64,000 bases of DNA from an uncultured Chloroflexia bacterium (GTDB lineage: Bacteria > Chloroflexota > Limnocylindria > Limnocylindrales > CSP1-4), in contig CAVYQR010000001.1 in NCBI GenBank assembly GCA_963770795.1, positions 224,612 through 288,611 on the forward strand, read 5' to 3'. Shown here in pieces: positions 60,673 to 64,000 of the stretch (positions within the stretch are counted from its first letter, which is position 1; every line of letters begins with the position of its first letter). The notes under the pieces were generated by a model that saw only the letters and a program-made list of their open reading frames with translations, made no database searches and was not told where the DNA came from. Position numbers and translations under genes: made by a program.

Positions 60673-61539
60673 ATGACTGACGTCGGCGAGCGGCGGCTCT
60701 GGTGGTTCGAGACCGAGCCGGGGGATCGTGACCACGTGGAGTCCTTCTACTTCGAGTCCGGCGTGCTCCGGGCGACCGAGGCCGAGGCGCTGCTGGTGAC
60801 CGTCGAGCCCCCGCGAAGGTTCCGTTCTCTCCTATCCCTTGCGCTGGTGGCGGCCCTCCTTGCCGCCTGCGGCACGGCCCCCGCCACTCCCCCGGCGGTC
60901 GACCAGACCGCTTCGGCCCAGCCGCCCGGCCGCGAGGCCCCGGCCCCGACGGCCACTCCGACGCTCCCACCAACGCCCGCACCGACCCCGGCCCCGACGG
61001 CCCCTCCGACACCGGTGCCCACCCCGACCCCCGAGCCGACCCCGGTGCCGATCAGCGACCTTGATCTCGAACTGGTGTGCCACGGCAGCGCCCTGCCGCA
61101 AGCCGCCAAGTACGGCGGCAAGAGCCATCCCCTGGTGGTGGTCGAACAGTGGGGCTCGACCGACGGTTGGAAGCTCACCTCCCATGACATCAACGACAAC
61201 TGGCTCGACCAGACCTGGGCGGGTTCGGACATCCAGCTGGTGGCCTGTGTCGAATGGCAGAAATCGGTCAAGGTCAGCGTATGCGGCACCTACAAGCGGG
61301 CCAGCGACGGCAAGATCGGCAAGGTGACCCGCTACAAGGAGGCGATTGTGGTGCGGGTGCGGGTGGCCCGCACCGCCAAGGTGCTGCAGACCAAGACCAT
61401 CTACGGCACGGTCCCGGCCTGTGGTCAGAGCGTCGGTCTGCCCAGCACCGCTCCGCCGTGGAAGATCTACGGCCGCGATGTGCCCGCCAGCGCCATCAAC
61501 AAGTACGCAGTTGCCGTTTCGACCCAGAAGGTCAAATAG
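60673..61539 (+). CDS. Hypothetical membrane-anchored or lipoprotein-like protein (cytoplasmic N-terminal ~45 aa, TM/signal-like segment RRFRSLLSLALVAALLAAC, Pro/Thr-rich linker, Cys-containing extracellular domain)
   Basis: GAGGGA RBS 7 nt before ATG 60673 and high GC3 throughout. An internal GTG at 60796 would instead give a classical lipoprotein signal peptide. Confidence 0.55.
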   Translation: MTDVGERRLWWFETEPGDRDHVESFYFESGVLRATEAEALLVTVEPPRRFRSLLSLALVAALLAACGTAPATPPAVDQTASAQPPGREAPAPTATPTLPPTPAPTPAPTAPPTPVPTPTPEPTPVPISDLDLELVCHGSALPQAAKYGGKSHPLVVVEQWGSTDGWKLTSHDINDNWLDQTWAGSDIQLVACVEWQKSVKVSVCGTYKRASDGKIGKVTRYKEAIVVRVRVARTAKVLQTKTIYGTVPACGQSVGLPSTAPPWKIYGRDVPASAINKYAVAVSTQKVK

Positions 61540-61568
61540 CGAATCTTCGTTCAGGAGGACGGAAGAAC

Positions 61569-61769
61569 GTGGGCTCGTTCAAGACCCGCAAGGGTCAGTA
61601 CGTGCTGGGCAAGGGCGGCCGCGTGCGCCACGCCCGGTGGGGCGACGGCATCGTGATCACCTTGAAGCTCACCCGGGACGACGAGGAGGTGATGGTCGCC
61701 TTCAAGGACCTGTCCGTGGGCCGCAAGACGATGCTCGCCAGCCTCGCGGACCTCGAGGTGACCGGCTGA
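61569..61769 (+). CDS. Small hypothetical protein (66 aa; VGSFKTRKGQYVLGKGGRVRHARWGDGIVITLKLTRDDEEVMVAFKDLSVGRKTMLASLADLEVTG); possibly DUF3553-like
   Basis: AGGAGGA RBS 8 nt upstream of the GTG. Coding-like composition. The DUF3553 family guess comes from memory, not a search. Confidence 0.45.
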   Translation: MGSFKTRKGQYVLGKGGRVRHARWGDGIVITLKLTRDDEEVMVAFKDLSVGRKTMLASLADLEVTG

Positions 61770-62024
61770 CCGTCCCAAGCCCCGTGCTCAGGGGGCGTCG
61801 AGTGTCCAGGCGGGGGATAGGAGTCGACCCGATCGCCGGCCAGCGTCATTACCCCGCAGTCACCGCGCCTGACCGATTGGCAGGGCCGGCGGGCGACCGG
61901 GGGCGTTGTTGGTAGCAACGCTGGTAGCAATAGGGGCGCACAGGCGCGACCAGACGGCCCGGCTCAGAACGCCCCCGCGGACGAATAGAACGACCGCGGA
62001 CCCGGTGGACGCTACCCGAGGCAC

Positions 62025-62067
62025 TCCAAATACCTCTACTCGCCGGTTCGACTCCGGCCGTCGCGTC
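62025..62067 (+). repeat. Duplicate of the 3' half of tRNA-Cys, from the anticodon loop to the acceptor end (ccaaatacctctactcgccggttcgactccggccgtcgcgtcca); candidate att site of a tRNA-Cys-targeted integrative element
   Basis: ~40/43 identity by eye with 59967-60009 (caaaacctctattcgccggttcgactccggccgtcgcctcca). There is no upstream tRNA half. Confidence 0.7.
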
Positions 62068-62341
62068 CACCGCGTGACTGCGACCATGGCCCCCTCGACC
62101 TGCGCCCCGGGGGGGGTTGCTCGTTGCCCTCCCCTTCAGAGCCGCCGGGCGTGGTGCCGGAGACCAAGAAGCCGGCCGGATCGTCGTCGATGACCCGGCC
62201 GACGCCCTCTGGATCGTGGTTTCGTTGCCCGTGGTGTCAACGGCCGTGGAACGCGCGGCGCGGCAGTGCCAGACGACATCGCGTCGCCCCGCTCGGCGCG
62301 GTTACGATGGGGACGCTCCGCGTGAGCGCGCGAGCGTACGA

Positions 62342-62428
62342 GCCGAGGTGGCGCAACCGGCAGACGCGGCGGTCTTAAACACCGCTGGGGGCAACCCCGT
62401 GCGAGTTCGAACCTCGCCCTCGGCACCA
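62342..62428 (+). tRNA. tRNA-Leu (anticodon TAA), 87 nt, long variable arm
   Basis: GCCGAGG TG GCG…GCGGT-CTTAAAC-ACCGC TGGGGGCAACCCCGTG GCGAG TTCGAAC CTCGC CCTCGGC A CCA. Confidence 0.85.
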
Positions 62429-62715
62429 CGAATGGAAGCAATTCGGCAGCAATTGGGCGCCCACGAGCGGACGCAAGCGCGGACCCTGACCCATTGCGGG
62501 CCCGGGGTCGAGTGCCGCTGATGCTGCTCGCCAGCGCCTGACACGAAACACCCCGGCTGCGCGCCGCGCCCGACCGATCGGCAGGGCCAGCAGGTGACGG
62601 GCGGCGTAGCAATCCGCCGTCCCCCGCGTTGACAGTCTGTAGCGGGAGGCGATGACGCGCGGCCCATACCCCGGCCGCCGGGACCGCGCCGAGTCACTGG
62701 CGAGACCGACCCGCC

Positions 62716-63087
62716 GTGCCGGAGCATCGCGTGCTTGTGCCAGTCATCCTGGCGGCCGTCCTTGCCGCTCTCGTCCTCTGGACCCTGTCCGACGTCAGGT
62801 CCACGAGCGACGGCTTCGCGATTACCCTCGTGCTCGGCGTGGGGGCGCTCCTCATCGGAGGGATGATCGCCTCGGGCGCGGGCTGCGACGTGGCCCGATA
62901 CCCCTCCGCCTCCATAGGGTTCATGACGAACGCGGGGCTCGTCTTCATGGTCGCTCTTCCCCTGATCATCGTGACCGGGCTCGGACTCGTCCTCCGCCGC
63001 CGGTCAACGGCCGCGGCAGCTGCGTTCGCGATGAGCGCGTCGGTGATCCTGGGCATGCTCGCGGGCGCCTTGCTTGCGCACGCATGA
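62716..63087 (+). CDS. Hypothetical small membrane protein (4 predicted TM helices)
   Basis: GTG start. Hydrophobic helices VLVPVILAAVLAALVLW…, ITLVLGVGALLIGGMIA…, LVFMVALPLIIVTGLGLVL…, MSASVILGMLAGALLA. Confidence 0.5.
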   Translation: MPEHRVLVPVILAAVLAALVLWTLSDVRSTSDGFAITLVLGVGALLIGGMIASGAGCDVARYPSASIGFMTNAGLVFMVALPLIIVTGLGLVLRRRSTAAAAAFAMSASVILGMLAGALLAHA

Positions 63088-63226
63088 AGTCCGACTCCGG
63101 CTCGTCTCCCGGCTCGCGATCCCACCACGAGGCGGCCAGCGGTCCAGCCTGACCGGGGGGGGCGGTCACAACCGGCTCCTGCAGGCGTCTCCACTCGCGA
63201 CTACGGTGGCCGATCGGGAGGCGAGC

Positions 63227-64000
63227 CATGCGAACCGGGCTTGTCGTGGGTGCCTTCGGGCTGGCCGCGACCGGTATCGTGGCCTTTGTGTTCTGGGCGC
63301 GCCAGGACATTGTGGGGATCCAGTTGGCGATCGGAGCGATCGGAGCCCTCGCCCTCGTTGCTGGATGGCGAGCCGACTGGCTCAGCGCGGGGATGATCTA
63401 CATGGGCGCGATCGCTGGGACTGCGGTTGCCGGGAACCCAGCGAACATACCCGCCATGGCCACTACGGCCATGGTCGACGTCGTGCTCGGCTTCGCTCTG
63501 GGATATGTGCTGGGCTATGCCTTCCGCCGCTGGCATCGACCCCGGCCAGGCTCGATACCGGCGATCCAGTTGGAGACGCCAGACACGGTGACCACCGACA
63601 CGCAGAGCCAGGCGCCCTGGCTGCCGGACGACGGGATGACGGGGAGGCATAAGGCGCGACGCTCTCGCTTCCTTGCCTACGGAGTCCTCGGCTGGGCTGT
63701 CCCGGGCCTCATCGCTCTGCCACTTGCGTGGGGGCATGAGTCGTCCGGCGGCGAATCGGCGTTCCTTGCCGTCCTGATTTGGTGGGGGCTCGGCGTCGTC
63801 GGATGCCTGGTCGCCGGCGTGATGGTTGGCATGGCGGGCGCCGGTGTTCAGGCAGACGGGGCGACCACCGACGCCTTCTGGCACGGGTTCGCCGGGGTCG
63901 CGATCGCCTGGCTTGCGGCCCTGGCCGTCAGCATGGCCATCGAGATCTTCGTGGGGGTGCTTCACCTCGGCCCGGTGGCGTTCCTCCTGCCGATCCCGTT
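63227..64000 (+). CDS. Hypothetical polytopic membrane protein (5'-partial view; continues beyond the window)
   Basis: ATG 63227. MRTGLVVGAFGLAATGIVAFVFWARQD… with repeated hydrophobic helices. No stop before the window end. Confidence 0.5.

Noticed and set aside
62117-62521. ORFs 62117..62521 and 62124..62378 (contains FRCPWCQRPW)
   Set aside because: They overlap the tRNA-Leu(TAA) gene and the att-like repeat region, have junk composition, and only two Cys, so there is no zinc-ribbon.
1-64000. CRISPR arrays, IS elements, transposases and integrases
   Set aside because: No regularly spaced direct repeats of CRISPR type were seen. The only tandem repeats are intragenic coding repeats in tatA, lemA and secF. 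No transposase or integrase-like ORF was recognised.

Overview
High-GC (~68-70 % GC) bacterial chromosomal window with Gram-positive-type gene order, most likely Actinobacteria or Chloroflexi. It is dominated by core housekeeping genes: dnaE, pfkA, polA, mutM, an ABC-F ATPase, coaE, uvrB, uvrA, uvrC, secD/secF, recJ, pyrF, tatA/tatC, the conserved rapZ-yvcK-whiA triad followed by tpiA-gpmI-secG, a peptide-type ABC substrate-binding protein, and lemA-htpX. Interspersed accessory content includes: an ECF sigma factor followed by two tandemly duplicated anti-sigma genes; an incomplete Tad/Flp pilus-assembly gene set (tadE, tadE, tadG-like, cpaB) divergent from uvrB; two LLM-class F420/flavin oxidoreductases; an operon of a short UvrD-like helicase, a GNAT and an ICMT-like methyltransferase; a >1000 aa secreted tandem 5'-nucleotidase whose reading frame is broken many times; a 1029 aa DUF2339-like polytopic membrane protein; and nine tRNA genes (Leu x4, Val, Phe, Gly, Gln, Cys). 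LexA/Cheo-type SOS boxes (GAAC-N4-GTTC) sit in front of uvrB and uvrA. About 2 kb downstream of tRNA-Cys there is a second copy of the tRNA-Cys 3' half, the classic footprint of a tRNA-targeted integrative element. The segment in between carries only a membrane-anchored protein and a small RBS-preceded ORF, with no integrase, so it looks like a relic island. Several apparent frameshifts (tpiA, second anti-sigma copy, a small hypothetical, and ≥8 in the 5'-nucleotidase) all map to C/G homopolymer runs. They therefore look like sequencing indels rather than biology, although decay of the 5'-nucleotidase cannot be excluded. No CRISPR array, transposase or integrase was found. The many long antisense ORFs in the six-frame track are GC-content artefacts.
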